64,000 nucleotides of DNA from Prorocentrum cordatum (taxonomy: Eukaryota), in NCBI GenBank assembly GCA_963575745.1, contig CAUYUJ010000170.1, positions 558,001 to 622,000 of the forward strand. Direction: 5' to 3'. Made by a program: the position numbers and the translations under genes. This document shows positions 46,301 to 60,424 of this stretch, in pieces; the stretch's first letter is position 1; each line of letters opens with the position of its first letter. The notes below the pieces were generated by a model. It did not search any database, was not told the origin of the DNA, and saw only the letters and a list, made by a program, of their open reading frames with translations.

Positions 46301-48815
46301 CTCACAGACAGACTCTCCCAGCGAGACGTGGCAGGAGTATGAGATGCGCATGGGGGGATCTCCACGTCGAGCAGTTCATGTCCCACCGAGGCGTTTGCCC
46401 TCTGCACCAGTTTTGGCGCGTGGGTCTCCCTTCGGACGCCCGTCGCCCCTCTGTCTGCGGCGCCAGCTCCCGGGGCCCCCCTGAGGTCCCGAGCCAATCC
46501 GTCACCGGGGGCACGCGCAGAAGGAAAGTTGCGGAGTTCCGCGCGGCCTCCTCCTCCTCCTCCTCCTCCTCCTCTTCTCCTCCTCCTCCCTCCTTCTCCT
46601 CCTCCTCCTCCTCCTCCCTCCTCCTCCTCTCCTCCTCCTCCTCCTCCTCCTCCTCCTCCTCCTCCTCCTCCTCCTCTCTATAGGCGCCGGCCCCCCAGGC
46701 GCAGGTGGGGGGGGGGTGGATGTCCCAGGGGCTGGGGGATCCTTCAGGGCGGGTCCCTTTGCGTTCTTGGGCCCCGTCCCTTTCGGTCCTTGAGAGCTTG
46801 AGGTCCAGGTCCTGCGGGATCAGTGCGGTTCCAAGAAATCAGCGCAGAGCTCCGCAAGTTGATGCCAGTGGGTGAGGCCTCAAAATCTGAGGTCGTGATC
46901 GCAGTTGCATGGCCAGTTGAGTCTTACCTTTGAGACAGAGTTGCCACGTGAGGCCCCCGTCTGACGTCGGCTTCTTCTTCGTTCGGTGCGGGTGAGCTGG
47001 TGTTCAGTTGTTAGTTCGTTAGTTGGTTGGTCAGTTAGTTAGTTAGTTACTTAGTTCGCTATACCTCAGCTGTCGACAGCGTGAGTCTGATATCGTGGCT
47101 CTTTCAGTTCTCATTGGTTATTTCGTCACCTGGGGGCATCCACAGGAATGAGGGTTCGGAGCTCCGCGCAGATATTTCGTTTCTCGGGTAAGCACTACCC
47201 CCCCCTGGCGCCGAGGGATGTCGTACCACTGGTGCTAGATATCGCGGGCGGTGCGGTGGGGGGATTCCAAGGATCGGGGGGTCCTTCGTGGCCGGCGAGG
47301 GAACTCAACAACTTGAGTGTTGATACACAAGGGAGCGCGGGGATTCGTCCAGGAGGTGGGGCGCCCCCACGGACGGATGCAGTGGGCTTCCTGGGAGGGC
47401 GTGAAGAGGCCAAAATCATTAGATATCTTATGGAACTCCCTTGGATTTCGCAGGAACCCTTAGGAATCCTCAAGAACACCTGGCAAACCTCATGAATCCG
47501 CACGAATCCTTGAGGAATGCTTCGGGGCCCTGAGGAATCCTCCAGCGTCCTGAATCTGTAGGAGTACAGCGGATTTCCAAGTTCACTTGAGTTTCCAGGC
47601 CGCCATGACGACTTTCTATTCTGGGAAACGCAAGGAGTTTTCACGCGCGCGTCCGCGCGCGCGGTGGCCAGCCGCGTGCGGCGGGTGACGCGCACGGGCG
47701 CGCGTGTCACTCGAAACTCGTTCGGTCATCGCTAAGGGTTCACTTATTGTTGCTATGCCAACGTGGAACATATTCGATGGTGGTGAATTGAAACCCCGAA
47801 GGGGAGCCGCCAGGGGTGAGGCCACTCTAGGATTCTCGCCCAGATTTTGTGGCCAGCTCTGGCGGTTTGCCTGTTTCTCCTCCTAAGACTTTTCTCTTTT
47901 GGCGGTTCAATGTTCACCCCGAGAAAGAAGGCGTCGCATTTGGGACCCCCAGGGGGGGCCACCAGGGGTGAGGACACTCCAGGACTCTCGCCCAGATTTT
48001 GGGGATGTCTCGATCGGTTTGCCAGCTTCTGCCCTGCAGTCTTTGGACTTGCGTGTTCCTCACTCATTCACTCACTCATTCACTCACTCACTCACTCACT
48101 CGCTCACCCAGCTCCTTTCCGTACTCACGCCCCTGTTAAGTGATATTCATATTCATTCATATTTACTCACTTATGCTCTGATTTGCTCACTCAAACTCTG
48201 ACTCACGCACACCCAGGCCCCAGACCAGCTCACTCACCCTCCGCCTCATTCGTGTTCAGACTACCTCGCACCCAGGCTCATTCATATTCATATTGTTATC
48301 ATCACACTCAATCTTAGACTCACCCAGCCTCAGATTCGCTCAGGCACACTCAGACTCACTCGCCCTCAGACTCACTCATATTTAGACTCACTCGTACCCA
48401 TGTTGACTTCTAGCCAGACGCACTCACAGTCGGACTCAATCGTGCCCGGATCCACTCACACTCGGTCTCGCTCACACTCATAGCGCCCACGCTCAGATTC
48501 ACTCGCACTGAGGCTCACACGCGCGTGTCTGCCGCGATGCAGCCGACGTGGCACCGAGGCACCCCCAAGTTCCAGCAGGCGCCGCGAGTAGCGCGCCAGA
48601 GAGCGGGCGTACGGAGCAACGCCATGCGCTCCTGCTTGGGTTGTTGCGGGGAGAACGGCATGGGGAAATCCCCCTCGTCGTCTCTCCTGAAAAATGTCCA
48701 GAGGAGGAGGAGGAGGAGGAGGAGGAGGAGGAGGAGGAGGAGGAGGAGGAGGAGGAGGAGGAGGAGGAGGAGGAGGAGGGAGGGAGGAGGAGGAGGAGGA
48801 GGAGGAGGAATCGCT

Positions 48816-48847
<32 letters not shown>

Positions 48848-49134
48848 TGCCGCGTCTGTCGTCTACGCAGGCTCGCTCTCACGCCCATATACTCAAAGAC
48901 AGAGTTTCCCAGCGAAGCGGGACAATAGTATGTCATGCACACATGGGGATCTCCGCGTCGGGTCTTTTTCCCCCTCGTTCTGCCAGTTCCCCTCGCCCGT
49001 TCTGGGGCGGCGGGATCTGTACAGATCCACTGCCCGAGGCCTGGCCCATCCTGGGTCCAGGAACTGTATATGTATATATGTATGTATATCTATATGTATG
49101 TATGCATGCATGCATGCATGCATGTCTGTCTGCC

Positions 49135-49169
<35 letters not shown>

Positions 49170-49213
49170 ATGGATGGATGGATGGATGGATGGATGGATG
49201 GATGGATGGATGG

Positions 49214-52200
49214 TGCGTGCATGTCTTTCCTTATCCCGTCACGAGTCCAGGCCGTCGATGTTAGATCGCTTCAGTGGGTTTTTGGGCTCAAGAATCTGCA
49301 CCAAGGCAGTGCGTATGGATTACTGGCTCCCTGCCGCCCAGTCCATTTGGCAGGGAGCGTTCGCCTATCTCCTGGGCAGCAACCTGCAGAGGTGCCCGCC
49401 AGTCCACGTCCCTTCGTGCCCCGCCATACCGAGCTGTGTGTGCCCGCCTTGTCCTGGCTGTCCGACGTGTCCCGGGGGCTCCCTCGCTCCCGCCACGCCC
49501 TCGGCGAACGGCGGGGGCAGCAGCGAACCACGACAGCCCTCCTCCGTCTGGTCTGTGGTGCCGGTGAACGAGGCTCTCCTGCTGGTCCTGGCGCTGACCT
49601 ACGGCGCTCTGTCGTGGAACCGTGTCGTGCTGATGTGCTGGCGCCGCAGGGCTGGCCGTGCAGAACGTGAGCCCAGTGGGAGCAGCACCTCATGGGATGC
49701 TCCAGGGAACGTCGGTGCACTACGATGGAAAGCAGATGTGGCACCAGCGTCTGATCCAGGGCGACGGGGGTGGACTCGACTGGAGAGAGTCATTCAGTGG
49801 ATGGTGTTCCTCTGTGCGGTGGTCAATGACATCTATGAGGACAGCTACTCACGCCAGGGGAGAGACATCGCTGCGGTGAGGTTCACATCAGATCGAGCTG
49901 CTCTCCTTCGAGGCGTCGGTGCCGTCAACTCGTACGGGTTCGGAAGGAACCGCACGGTGGCGCAGATGCAGCAGATCGACCCGACTGCGCTGGACTACGG
50001 CACCGCCGCTCTGGCCGCCGACCACCTGCGCCTGCGGCTGCCTGTGCCTGGCGGGCCGTTCGCCGTCCCGCTGACCTTCGGTCCCGCAGGAAGCGTTGGG
50101 CCTGGCGCGGGCGCTGGGCTAGCTAGCGGCTAGCCGCCGCAGGCGCCGGGGCCCCCACGGCCGTGGTGATCCCGCCTGCCGGCTCGCACCTCCGCGGGGC
50201 CGCCAGCTTGATGCCGCTGGCTGATGGGACGTGGGTGGCCGTCCGCTCGATCTCCGAGCCCGCGCAGATCTACGCGGGGAGGGAGGCCACTTCCGACGCC
50301 AGCGGCGGTGGCCCGCCGCCTGCTGGTGAGTTGTACTCGTTGGGCGATCGTGCTGGACGACAGCGTGATCTATTTCCACTGCCTGGGCCCTGTCAACAGC
50401 ATCGGGGGACTTCAGAGGCGTAGGGCATCGCTTGTTCACGGTCGGTGGCGCGTCGGGTTCTCCGCAAGGGCCACGCCAACTCGATGGAGGGCGAGATCGT
50501 TCGGACCCTCAATGAGCTGTACCTTGGCCAGCCCTGGCACCCCGTCAGCCATCCTCAGTCCATCACTGCGGGCCAGCGGCAGGCCCTGGACAACGTTCGA
50601 GACACAGTCCGGCGGTTCGGCTCGCCCCCGGAGGGATTGACTGGCTCAGGAGCCCTTGAGGAGCTCCGAGTTCTCAGCGACTGCGCTGGCGAGAGCGCCA
50701 CAGTCGCTCCGCTCGACTTTGATCATATCAATAGTCTCTCGCTTCCAGACGAGGGTTTCAAGCCCGTGCCGCTTGACGCGCTGGGAGGGGATGCTGGCCG
50801 AAAGATAGTCGAGCGGCTTCATGGTATGATGTTGTCCCAGTCTGAGGGTCGTGCAGCTCTCCCTCGCGAACCGCTTCGTGGACCGCCGACCTGTGCCGCT
50901 GGTGTCCGAGGGTGTGATTCATGCCGAGTACGTGGACAATGCGATCAGCCTCTCTACGGACCTGGACACGGCGGTCGCCGCGGCGTCGGCCGTGGACCCG
51001 AACGTTCGTGCAGCGGGTCTCCCTACCCACGGAGTCGAGAGCAGCTTTGGCGCCGTGGCACTAGGCTGGCAGTTCGACGAGAAGTTCCCGATCATCGGCC
51101 TGAACCCAGCGCCCCGCTGGAAATTGCGTTTGGCCTTCCTGGAGCTGTCTTGACGGGGATATGCCTCGGGCAAGACGATCTCGCGCGTGGTGCCCCACTT
51201 CACCTCGCGGGGTCTGGTTCGCCGAGAGCTTTTGGCCGCTCTCAACTCGCTGTGCGCTTTTTCTGCCCAGTATGGAGGCCGCGCAGCGCGGCTGTGGCCC
51301 TCTTGCCTCCGCGAGCTTCGCTGGTGCGCCAGCCTCGTCATGTTCTGTTTCCGGGGCGCTGGCGCCCCGCTCGACAGCGCGCTCACGACGGTTGATTCAT
51401 CGTGGTGGGGAGTTGGAGTCACTCAGAAAAGTCGTCTGCCCCAGTCGCTCGTGAGCTCTCCAAGTACAATGAGATATGGAGATTCAGTAGTCATCAGGAG
51501 TCCGAGATGTCGCATCGATCCCACGCCTTCAAGTCGGCGACGTCCGCCGACCCCTTCACCCCAGAGTCGGTCTTCATCATCGCCTGCTCCGGGAACCCAA
51601 AGGCCCCGATCAAGGAGCCCCTGGAGGTGCTCGTAGAAGAGCCCGTCAAGGAGCCCGTGACGGAGGGGGTGCACATGGAGGAAGAGATGGTCAATGACGT
51701 CGAGGAGGAGGAGTTCCCCGAAATTTCATACGACGTTTGGGCGAAAGGCTGGGTCCCCGTGGTGTCTCATCGCTGGATCCGTTCAGAGCATCAGGTTGTC
51801 TTGGAGGCCCGCGGTATGGTCGTGGCCATCCGTCATGTCACATTCCTTCGACGTGTCTCATCATTCGACCGATGCCATCTCTGCTTGGGCGACTGTTTGG
51901 GAGCCATCCTGGCCGCCACCAAGGGGCGTTCGTCGCGGCGGGAGACGGGCCGCGTGTGCCGGCAGCTGGCGCCCCTTTCGCTGGCCAGCGGCGCTGCATT
52001 CTTCTAGCGCTGGGTCCCCTCGGAGAGGAACTCGGCCGACCGCGCCTCCAGGAACCTGCCGGGCGTGGGCTACGCGGCCGCGGCGGCCGACTCCTGCTGC
52101 CTAGGCGCTGCCGCTGGCGGCCCCAGCCCTGCGAGCGGGCGCGGAGGGCCTGCTGGCGAGAGCTGGGCCGACATCGGGCCCCCGCCCGGCCTCGAAGGGG

Positions 52201-54314
52201 GGGCTCGCTGGCCTTCTGTCTGGGTGAGCTCCCGCGACGGCAGCCGCGAGCCCGGCGGGGCCGTGGGAGCTGGCAGCCGAGTCTCCGAACGGCCCGGGGC
52301 GAGCGAGCCGCCGCCAGGCGAGGCTGCCCCATGGCGGGAGCTGGCGGGATCAGCTCCAGCGGTCGTTCCTCGAGTCGGTCCTCGAGCTCAGGGCCGTGAA
52401 GGACAGGGCCGTCTGGAGCTACCTGGTCCGATGCCGAGCTTTCCTGATCTGGTCGACGAAGGCCTACCTGTCGGTGGCGAGTGTCACGGACCTGGAGATC
52501 GACTGGATGGTGGCGTACGACTCCCTGGCCGCTGCCCGAACGGTCGTCTTGACGTCCGTCCTCGGCCTGGGGTCGTCGGCGACGCTGTCGCTGCGCGTCC
52601 GGCCAGTCGAGCAGCTGGTCAGGGCTGGTCCACAACATCTGGGCATGTACTCGATCCTGCAGTTTCCCGCGGAGCTCAGGGTGATGTCGAAGGCCCTGGT
52701 CTACGACGCCAGTCTCCAGGTGGACAGCCCAGAGTTCAGCGGGGCCGACCAGCTGCTGGATTGCCTCGTGGGGAGACGTGCGATCGACGCGCTCCTGTCC
52801 TACCTGGACATGAGGCTCTGGGTGCGGGCGCTCCTGCAGGCGGGCGCCGCCCTCGGACTGGGCGCCCTCGCCCCCCCAATGCCGCATCCGCTGCGCCGCG
52901 GGGGGGCCAGCCCCGAGTATCCGACAAACGCCAGGACATTCGGCGACATCAAGAAGCGCTGGCAGTGGGATGCCGTCAGGGGCCTCATGCAGTACGCGAG
53001 GGATGGTCAAGTTCAAGTGGTGCTGTGGCGTCTGCATCCCGTCCTACAGTCTCGGGCCCACGTTTGCGTCGCGACTATTGGAGGCACCCTGTGCAGAATC
53101 TGAGCTCCTGGGCCCACCTGACCGACTCGAAGGTGTACTTGGAGGTCTTCAGTGGCTCCGGGAACTGGTCCCAGGCGCTGCGGGGGAGCATGACTTCTCG
53201 CCTGGCGCCGCGGGTCTTCGAGCTGGACGTGGACCATGAGCCCACCCTCGGTGACCTCAGCCGGCGGCGAGCCCAGCGCGTGGTGCGCGGGTGGCTCCGT
53301 GGTGGCCTGCTGCAGGGCGTCTGGCTCGGGATGCCCTGCAGCTCGTGGTCGCGGGCACGGAATCGTCCCAACGGGCCACCAGCCCTGCGGGACGCCGCCC
53401 ACGTGTTTGGCCTGCCCAACCTGTCGTCGGCTGACCCCCTCAAAGTCGAGACGGGTAACGAGTTATCGCAGTTCTCTTTCAGCTTGTTTTTGGAGTGTGC
53501 CAGGCGCGGAGTCCCCGCAGCAATCGAGAACCCTTCCACCTCGTGGGTCTGGCAGACCCGCTGGGCCCAGCATGCGGCACGCCAGCCAGGGGTTAAGACT
53601 GTGGAGTTTGATTTCTGCGCCTTCGGCACTGCTTGGAGGAAGAGAACCCGTGTGATACCTGCTCATTTCAATTTTGACTCGATCAGCTCTTGCAAGTGTA
53701 CAGGGCGTGGCCTTTGTTCTTTCACGCACCGTCCGCACCGAGCTCTGGAAGGCAAGACGCCTTCCGGAGTTTTCTGGACCAAAATAGCCGAGCCATACCC
53801 GCCCAGCTTGTCCAGTGCCCTTGCCAGAGCCTATCGTGAAGCTAGATTGTCATCTACGCACCAAGCCTTGGTGCGATTGGCGGCCTAGGGCCAGTTAGAT
53901 CTTCGGAGAGATGTTTCGAGGTCGCTGTTGTTTGTCCTGGCCTCCCGCGTCTCCTCTCGACGCGGATGGATGGTGCACTCTGGTTGGGCAACGTTTGAGA
54001 ACAGACACTGTCGAGATGCTGGCCTGGAAATAGAGCGGGGTCTAGGATATCCTATGCGTTCATGTCTTTCCTTATCCCGTCACGTGTCCAGGCCGTCGAT
54101 GTTAGATCGTTTCCGTGGGTTTTTGGGCTCAACCCTGCCCACCCACCCTTGAGCCTTGTAAAGAGATGCTCCGTCACTCGCAGGAGGTCGCTGTTGGTTG
54201 TCCTGGCCTCCCGCGTTTCCTCTCGACGCGGATGGATGGTGCACTCTGGCTGGACAACGTCTGCGAACAGACACTGTCGAGATGCTGGCCTGGAAATAGT
54301 GCGGGGTCTAGGAT
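49214..54314 (+). mobile_element. Tyrosine-recombinase retrotransposon with C5 DNA methyltransferase, copy 2
   Basis: Identical ORF translations and termini to copy 1 (A1 49,214-49,291; B1 53,918-54,048; A2 54,055-54,132; B2 54,184-54,314). Confidence 0.9.
53133..53888 (+). CDS. C5 cytosine DNA methyltransferase-like domain, copy 2
   Basis: Same translation as 18,774-19,529. Confidence 0.85.
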   Translation: MYLEVFSGSGNWSQALRGSMTSRLAPRVFELDVDHEPTLGDLSRRRAQRVVRGWLRGGLLQGVWLGMPCSSWSRARNRPNGPPALRDAAHVFGLPNLSSADPLKVETGNELSQFSFSLFLECARRGVPAAIENPSTSWVWQTRWAQHAARQPGVKTVEFDFCAFGTAWRKRTRVIPAHFNFDSISSCKCTGRGLCSFTHRPHRALEGKTPSGVFWTKIAEPYPPSLSSALARAYREARLSSTHQALVRLAA

Positions 54315-54760
54315 GTATGTATGCATTTATGTATGTATGTATGTATGTATGTATGCATGCATGCATGCATGTATGTATGTATGTATGTATGTATGTATGT
54401 ATGTATGTATGTATACATACATATGCCTCCCTGGCCAAATAAGGAGGGCATATACGCCGCTCCCGGGCCCAGGATGGGCCAGGCTCGGGGCAGTGGATAT
54501 GAAAAGACCCCCGCCGCCGTGCGTTCGCGTCCTCCCAGTCTTCCTGTGGTTTGCCCACGCGGTCCGGGAGGCTCCGAGAGGGCCCCAGGCTCCCCGGGAG
54601 GCCGCCGAGACTCGTCCCCGAGGCCAGAGGCGCCCAGAACCGGCCCAGGGAGCACAGCCGTAGCCCTCTTGCTCACGTCCAGCGCTGGCTCGGGCAGCCC
54701 TCCCGCCGGATTCGAGCTCGTCGGACCTGCCACGGGCTGCCGCCGTCGGGCACTGGCAGC

Positions 54761-57160
54761 ATGAGCGAGGAGGAGCCGAACAACGTCGCTGGCGAGGAGG
54801 AGTCGAACGACGTCAGCCGCGAGGAGGGACCCGCGGAGGTGCCGGTGGTGATGGCGACGCTAGTGCAGCCGTCGATCCCTCCAGGGGCGTCCCCGTCCGT
54901 GACCGGCCAGGGCGGGTATTGGATGGAGTTCATTGACATCGACATGTGCAGGCAGGGGGACGCGGAGATCGTCCACGATTGGATGCGCAGCACGACGATC
55001 GAGGACCTGAAGAGGACGGTCGAGGAGAAGGGCTACTCTGCCATAACCGTGAGCAACGGCCACCCCTCCTTCGGGCACGCGGCCCTGAAGAAGTTCGACT
55101 TCCAGCTCACGCACATGCACTGCAAGCCCATCTCTTCCTGCTGCAAGCACCCGTGCAAGATCTACATCTACACCTCCAGCTCTGCGCCCGGCTCCGGCGG
55201 GCGTGCCCCTGCCCTGGAGGCCGGGGAGCCGAGCATCGACGGAGATTATTTCTCCTTCAAGACGGGCGGGGACCCCGCCGCCGTCGTGGACCGGTTCCGG
55301 GCGCAAAGGAGTGGCAACAGGGTCACCTACTACCGGAACCAGCGGCATCCGGGCCATGGCGCGCAGCCAGGGTCCATCGCCTGCGAGAGCTACACCATAT
55401 CAGGAGACGTGCTCACGGGCCCCGTGTCGGCCACCGTCCAGGCCAACGGGGACATCGTGTACAGCCACGGGTACACCTCCAGGAGGCTACGGGTGCTGCC
55501 ACACGGGGACGCAGTGTACAGTTCCGAAGGCTCGGGGCCGTCCGTGACGGGCAGGGGCGGACGATGGATGGCGTACACCGACATCGACATGTGCGGGCAG
55601 GGAGACACCGAGATCATCCCTGATTGGCGGTCGCACACTACGCTCGAAGACTTGAAGAGGACCGTGGAGTTGAAGGGTTACTCGGCCATCACGGTCAGCA
55701 ATGGACACCCCAGTTTCGGGCATGCAGCCCTCAAGAAGTTCCCCTACCAGCTCACGACAGAGCATTGCAAGCCGATATCGACTTGCTGCAGGCACCCGTG
55801 CAAGATCTACATCTATGATTCTACGGGCGCGTCGCCATTGAAAGACGATGTGTGCATCGGGAGTGCAGCGGGTGCTTGTGACCCTGGCACGGACTACGTC
55901 TCGTTCAAGACAGGCGGAGACCCCGGCAGCATCGTGGACCGCTTCCGGGCAGTCAGGGCTGGCGACACTTTGACATTCTACCGGAACCAGCCCAGCCCAG
56001 GGCCCTGCGCGCAGCCGGGTACCATTGCATGTGAGAGCTACACCATACGGGGCGATCGCCTCAGTGGGGCGGTGTCGGCCACCGTTCAGCCTAATGGAGA
56101 CATTACGTGGAGCCATGGGTACACCTCCAGGCCCAGGGCGAGCACCGAGGCTGCCTTGCGGCATGGGGCGACAGCGTCGGTGACAGGCAGGAGTGGGTAT
56201 TGGATGGAATTCCAAGACATCGATATGTGCAGACAAGGGGACGTGTCTATCATTCAAAATTGGCGCTCTGTCACCTCGATCGAGGCGATGAAGAGGACCG
56301 TGGAGGAGAACGGATATTCCGCCATCACTGTAAGCAACGGCAACCCTAGCTTTTTGCATGCGGCCATCAAAAAATTTGATTTCCAGCTGAAGCCAGAGTA
56401 CTGCAAGCCCATCTCTTCCTGCTGCAGGCACCCGTGCAAGATTTACATCTACTTTCCTACGCCAGGTAGAGGGGTCAGTGCCCCAGTCGAGCGAGACGAG
56501 ATACACATCGACGGAGATTATTTCTCCTTCAAGACGGGCGGGGACCCCGCCGCCGTCGTGGACCGGTTCCGGGCGAAGAGGAGTGGCAACAGGGTCACCT
56601 ACTACCGGAACCAGCGGCATCCGGGCCATGGCGCGCAGCCAGGGTCCATCGCCTGCGAGAGCTACACCATATCAGGAGACGTGCTCACGGGCCCCGTGTC
56701 GGCCACCGTCCAGGCCAACGGGGACATCGTGTACAGCCACGGGTACACCTCCAGGCGCATCCACGGAGGCGGGGGCTTGGCAGCAGACGACATCGCCGTG
56801 GTGGTCGGGACGCCCGTGCCAGTTCCGATGCAGGACAACGTCATCCTGGAGCCGCTCCCTCCAGGCATCATCTCGGCCGAGGACATGGCTGGCTGCTGGA
56901 CCTGCGCCTGCATCCCCCTCGGCTGCGCCTGCTTCGAGAAGAGAGCCGTGGGGCATGACAGGCTCGTGCACAAGGGTCTCGCTTTCTGCTGCTTCGTGCT
57001 GCCCTGCCACTTCGTGGAGCCCAGGGTTCGCGTCCCTGGCACCAACGGCTTCTACAAGGAGGACGAGGGCCCGTCCTCCCGCAATATCGACACATACCAC
57101 TCGTCGGGGTGTGTCTGTAACGGCCTCGCCTGCTCCATGAAGCTCTGCCCGCTCTGCTGA
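54761..57160 (+). CDS. Intronless 799-aa triple-repeat protein, copy 2
   Basis: Same translation as 20,402-22,801. Confidence 0.92.
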   Translation: MSEEEPNNVAGEEESNDVSREEGPAEVPVVMATLVQPSIPPGASPSVTGQGGYWMEFIDIDMCRQGDAEIVHDWMRSTTIEDLKRTVEEKGYSAITVSNGHPSFGHAALKKFDFQLTHMHCKPISSCCKHPCKIYIYTSSSAPGSGGRAPALEAGEPSIDGDYFSFKTGGDPAAVVDRFRAQRSGNRVTYYRNQRHPGHGAQPGSIACESYTISGDVLTGPVSATVQANGDIVYSHGYTSRRLRVLPHGDAVYSSEGSGPSVTGRGGRWMAYTDIDMCGQGDTEIIPDWRSHTTLEDLKRTVELKGYSAITVSNGHPSFGHAALKKFPYQLTTEHCKPISTCCRHPCKIYIYDSTGASPLKDDVCIGSAAGACDPGTDYVSFKTGGDPGSIVDRFRAVRAGDTLTFYRNQPSPGPCAQPGTIACESYTIRGDRLSGAVSATVQPNGDITWSHGYTSRPRASTEAALRHGATASVTGRSGYWMEFQDIDMCRQGDVSIIQNWRSVTSIEAMKRTVEENGYSAITVSNGNPSFLHAAIKKFDFQLKPEYCKPISSCCRHPCKIYIYFPTPGRGVSAPVERDEIHIDGDYFSFKTGGDPAAVVDRFRAKRSGNRVTYYRNQRHPGHGAQPGSIACESYTISGDVLTGPVSATVQANGDIVYSHGYTSRRIHGGGGLAADDIAVVVGTPVPVPMQDNVILEPLPPGIISAEDMAGCWTCACIPLGCACFEKRAVGHDRLVHKGLAFCCFVLPCHFVEPRVRVPGTNGFYKEDEGPSSRNIDTYHSSGCVCNGLACSMKLCPLC

Positions 57161-58757
57161 ATGAGACATTGGCGAGATGTTGGATGCAGAGGATGGGTCA
57201 TGCTGACGAACTGTGACAGCATGATGACCCCCCCTCCCCCCGCAAGCAGACTCTTCCCTTACCGTTTTGCTGTTGTCTTCGCCTCCCTCGGCTCCTCCTC
57301 CTCCTCCTCCTCCTCCTCCTCCTCGTCCTCCTCTTCTTCCTAGGTGTTGCAACCGCCGAGATTTGGTGGGTCATTAATGACACCCGCACCGTCTTTCAGA
57401 GGAGGAAGAGGTACCCATACCGCTACCCTTCCCTCGTTTCTGCCTATTTGGGCCCCCTGGGAGGCCCTCGTCGCCAAGGCTGGGTTCGCCTCGAAACTCT
57501 GGTCAGAACGCACCCGGGAGAGGGCCAGGGAGTAGCGGCACAGGTACCTTTTGGTTTCCCCAGTCTGCCGAGCTGCGCGTGTTGGTCATTCGCCTCCTGT
57601 GCCAAAGCCCGTCGCGTCTTGAACGTCACACGCTGGTCGGGTCATCCGACTGGCGTGACTTTGATGTCTCTGTTCTCCGGGCCATTGTCTGCGGAGGCAC
57701 ACGGAGGCCTCGGGGAAGGAGGAGGACGGCGACGCGGACGAGGACACACAGGCAGACAGGAACCGTGCCTAGACTGCACATTGGTTGAAGATCGCGTGCG
57801 TGAGTGTATGTACAACAGCACGTTGGCGTCGACAGCCCGAGGAGCAAGGTACAGCCAGCGTCGCCGGCTCCATGGGCAGGGATTGCTTAAACATCTGCGC
57901 ACACATGCCCGACCCCGCCAGAAGGCCCACTTGGTGGAAGACCCGGGAGAGCAACGGCAGCAGGAGGATATGGATAGGGACGAGGACAGGAGGTGGAGAG
58001 GAAACGAGGGCCCGCGTTCGCGGCACGCGTCGTCGGCCGCCGTGGTGCTGCCTCCCGCCGCGCGTGTGCGCGCGCGCCAGCCCCGCGCGCCTCCCCGCTT
58101 CGGGCTCCGAGGGGGTGCCCCCTCTTCTTGTGGTGAGCTGCACGGGCGTTTCAAGACTGTCTTCTCCCGCTATCGTCGTTGCTCGTGGGCCCCGCTCGCT
58201 CCTCGCCCTTCCTCGTCCTCTCCCTCCCCGCTCCTCCCTCCCCGCCCCCCTCGGCAAGCGAGCCCCGAGTGCGTGCGGCGGCACAAGTCCGCCGTGCTCG
58301 CCCCGCAGCCCGTCGCCGGGGCACCTTCCTGCCCTGGCCTCGAGCAGCGACGCTCCTAGGAGGAGGAGGAGGAGGAGGGGGAGGAGGAGGAGGAGGAGGA
58401 GGAGGAGGAGGAGGAAAAGGAGGAGGAGGAGGAGGAGGAGGGTGAGGGTGAGGGTGAGGGTCAAGCTAGCCAGCTCGAGCGAGTCAAGCATGGCATGCCC
58501 ATTCCCACCCGCCCTCCCACAACATAAGAAACAGTGATGGCAGAACTGGGGGTTGCGCGGGCATTTAAGTGCGAGTGGAGGATACCCCAGGACACCGCAT
58601 TGACGTCCGCGCGGGATGTGCGCCGCGTCCCACTCCCGCCACGCATTTCGCATCGTCGACGACAAGACTGGCCATGTTGAAAGGAACAACGGGCACGTTC
58701 CGCCCTCCCACAACATAAGAAACAATGCTGGCGCAACTGGGTGCTGGCGCGTAGTGA

Positions 58758-58795
<38 letters not shown>

Positions 58796-58796
58796 A

Positions 58797-58842
<46 letters not shown>

Positions 58843-58845
58843 CGT

Positions 58846-58932
<87 letters not shown>

Positions 58933-58933
58933 C

Positions 58934-58965
<32 letters not shown>

Positions 58966-59007
58966 CGTAGTCGTAGTCGTAGTCGTAGTCGTAGTCGTAG
59001 TCGTCGT

Positions 59008-59039
<32 letters not shown>

Positions 59040-59073
59040 TAGTAGTAGTAGTAGTCGTAGTAGCGTAGTAGTC

Positions 59074-59153
<80 letters not shown>

Positions 59154-59169
59154 CGTAGTAGTAGTAGTC

Positions 59170-59219
<50 letters not shown>

Positions 59220-59255
59220 CGTAGTAGTAATAGTAGTAGCAGTAGTAGTAGTAGC

Positions 59256-59300
<45 letters not shown>

Positions 59301-59434
59301 CGTAGTAGTAGTAGTCGTAGTCGTAGTCGTAGTAGTAGTAGTATTCGTAGTAGTAGTTGTAGTAGTAGTATAGTAGTAGTAGTAGTAGTAGTAGCAGCAG
59401 TAGTAGTAGTAGCCGTAGTATAAGTAGTAGTATC

Positions 59435-59481
<47 letters not shown>

Positions 59482-59507
59482 TAGTCGTAACAGTAGTAGT
59501 AGTAGTC

Positions 59508-59541
<34 letters not shown>

Positions 59542-59658
59542 AAGTAGTAGTCGTACGTAGTAGTAGTACGTAGTAGTAGTACGTAGTAAGTAGTAATAAG
59601 TAGTAGTGGTAGTAGTAGTAGTAGTAGTAGTAGTAGTTATAGTAGTAGTCGTAGTCGT

Positions 59659-59743
<85 letters not shown>

Positions 59744-59954
59744 CAGCTCGTATACGAATAGGTAGTCGTACTAGTAATACGAGTAATAATACGAGTAGTA
59801 CAAGCAGAAATACTACATGTAGTACAAGTACTCGTACGAGTAGTAGTACAGAGCAGTAGCACTATGGAAGTAGAAGTGCTAGTAATACTTGTACGACTGC
59901 TAGACTAGCAGTAATGCCTTTGGTAGTCCAATTTTCAGAAGAAGTAGTAGCAGC

Positions 59955-60027
<73 letters not shown>

Positions 60028-60424
60028 ATTGTAGTCGTACCAATGGCACTAGTAACACTAGTCAGGATGGGAGGGCCCGCAGCCCGCATGGACGTCCGCG
60101 CGCGATGTGCGCCGCGTCCCATTCCTGCCACATATTTCGCACCGTCGGCGACAAGGCAGGCCATGCTGAGAGGAAGAAACGAAGACTTTGTATTGATTTT
60201 TTACAGTCAGGGTGGGCGGGCCCAGATTGACTGCCGCGCGCGATGCGCGCCGCGTCCCATTCCTGCCACGCTTTTCGCATCGTCGACGACAAGAAAGACG
60301 ATGTTGAGAAGAAAAACGGCCACTTTGTATTGATTTTTTAAAGTCCGGATGGGAGGTCCCAGATTGGGTCGTTATCGGCCGGAATACGAGGTAGGTGGGG
60401 GTATATAATAATAAGGAACAAGGA

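Larger units (their letters stand above)
49006..54518. mobile_element. Inverted-repeat-bounded host element, copy 2
   Basis: Same as 14,647-20,159 at offset 34,359. Confidence 0.6.

Noticed and set aside
49214..54314. Second retrotransposon copy as evidence of recent transposition
   Set aside because: It shares identical flanks and lesions with copy 1, so it arises from the large duplication.
57769..59862. 697-aa minus-strand ORF and other poly-T/Y/V/L/H ORFs (e.g. 31,430-32,658; 10,189-11,419)
   Set aside because: Open frames produced by microsatellites, with no protein-like complexity.
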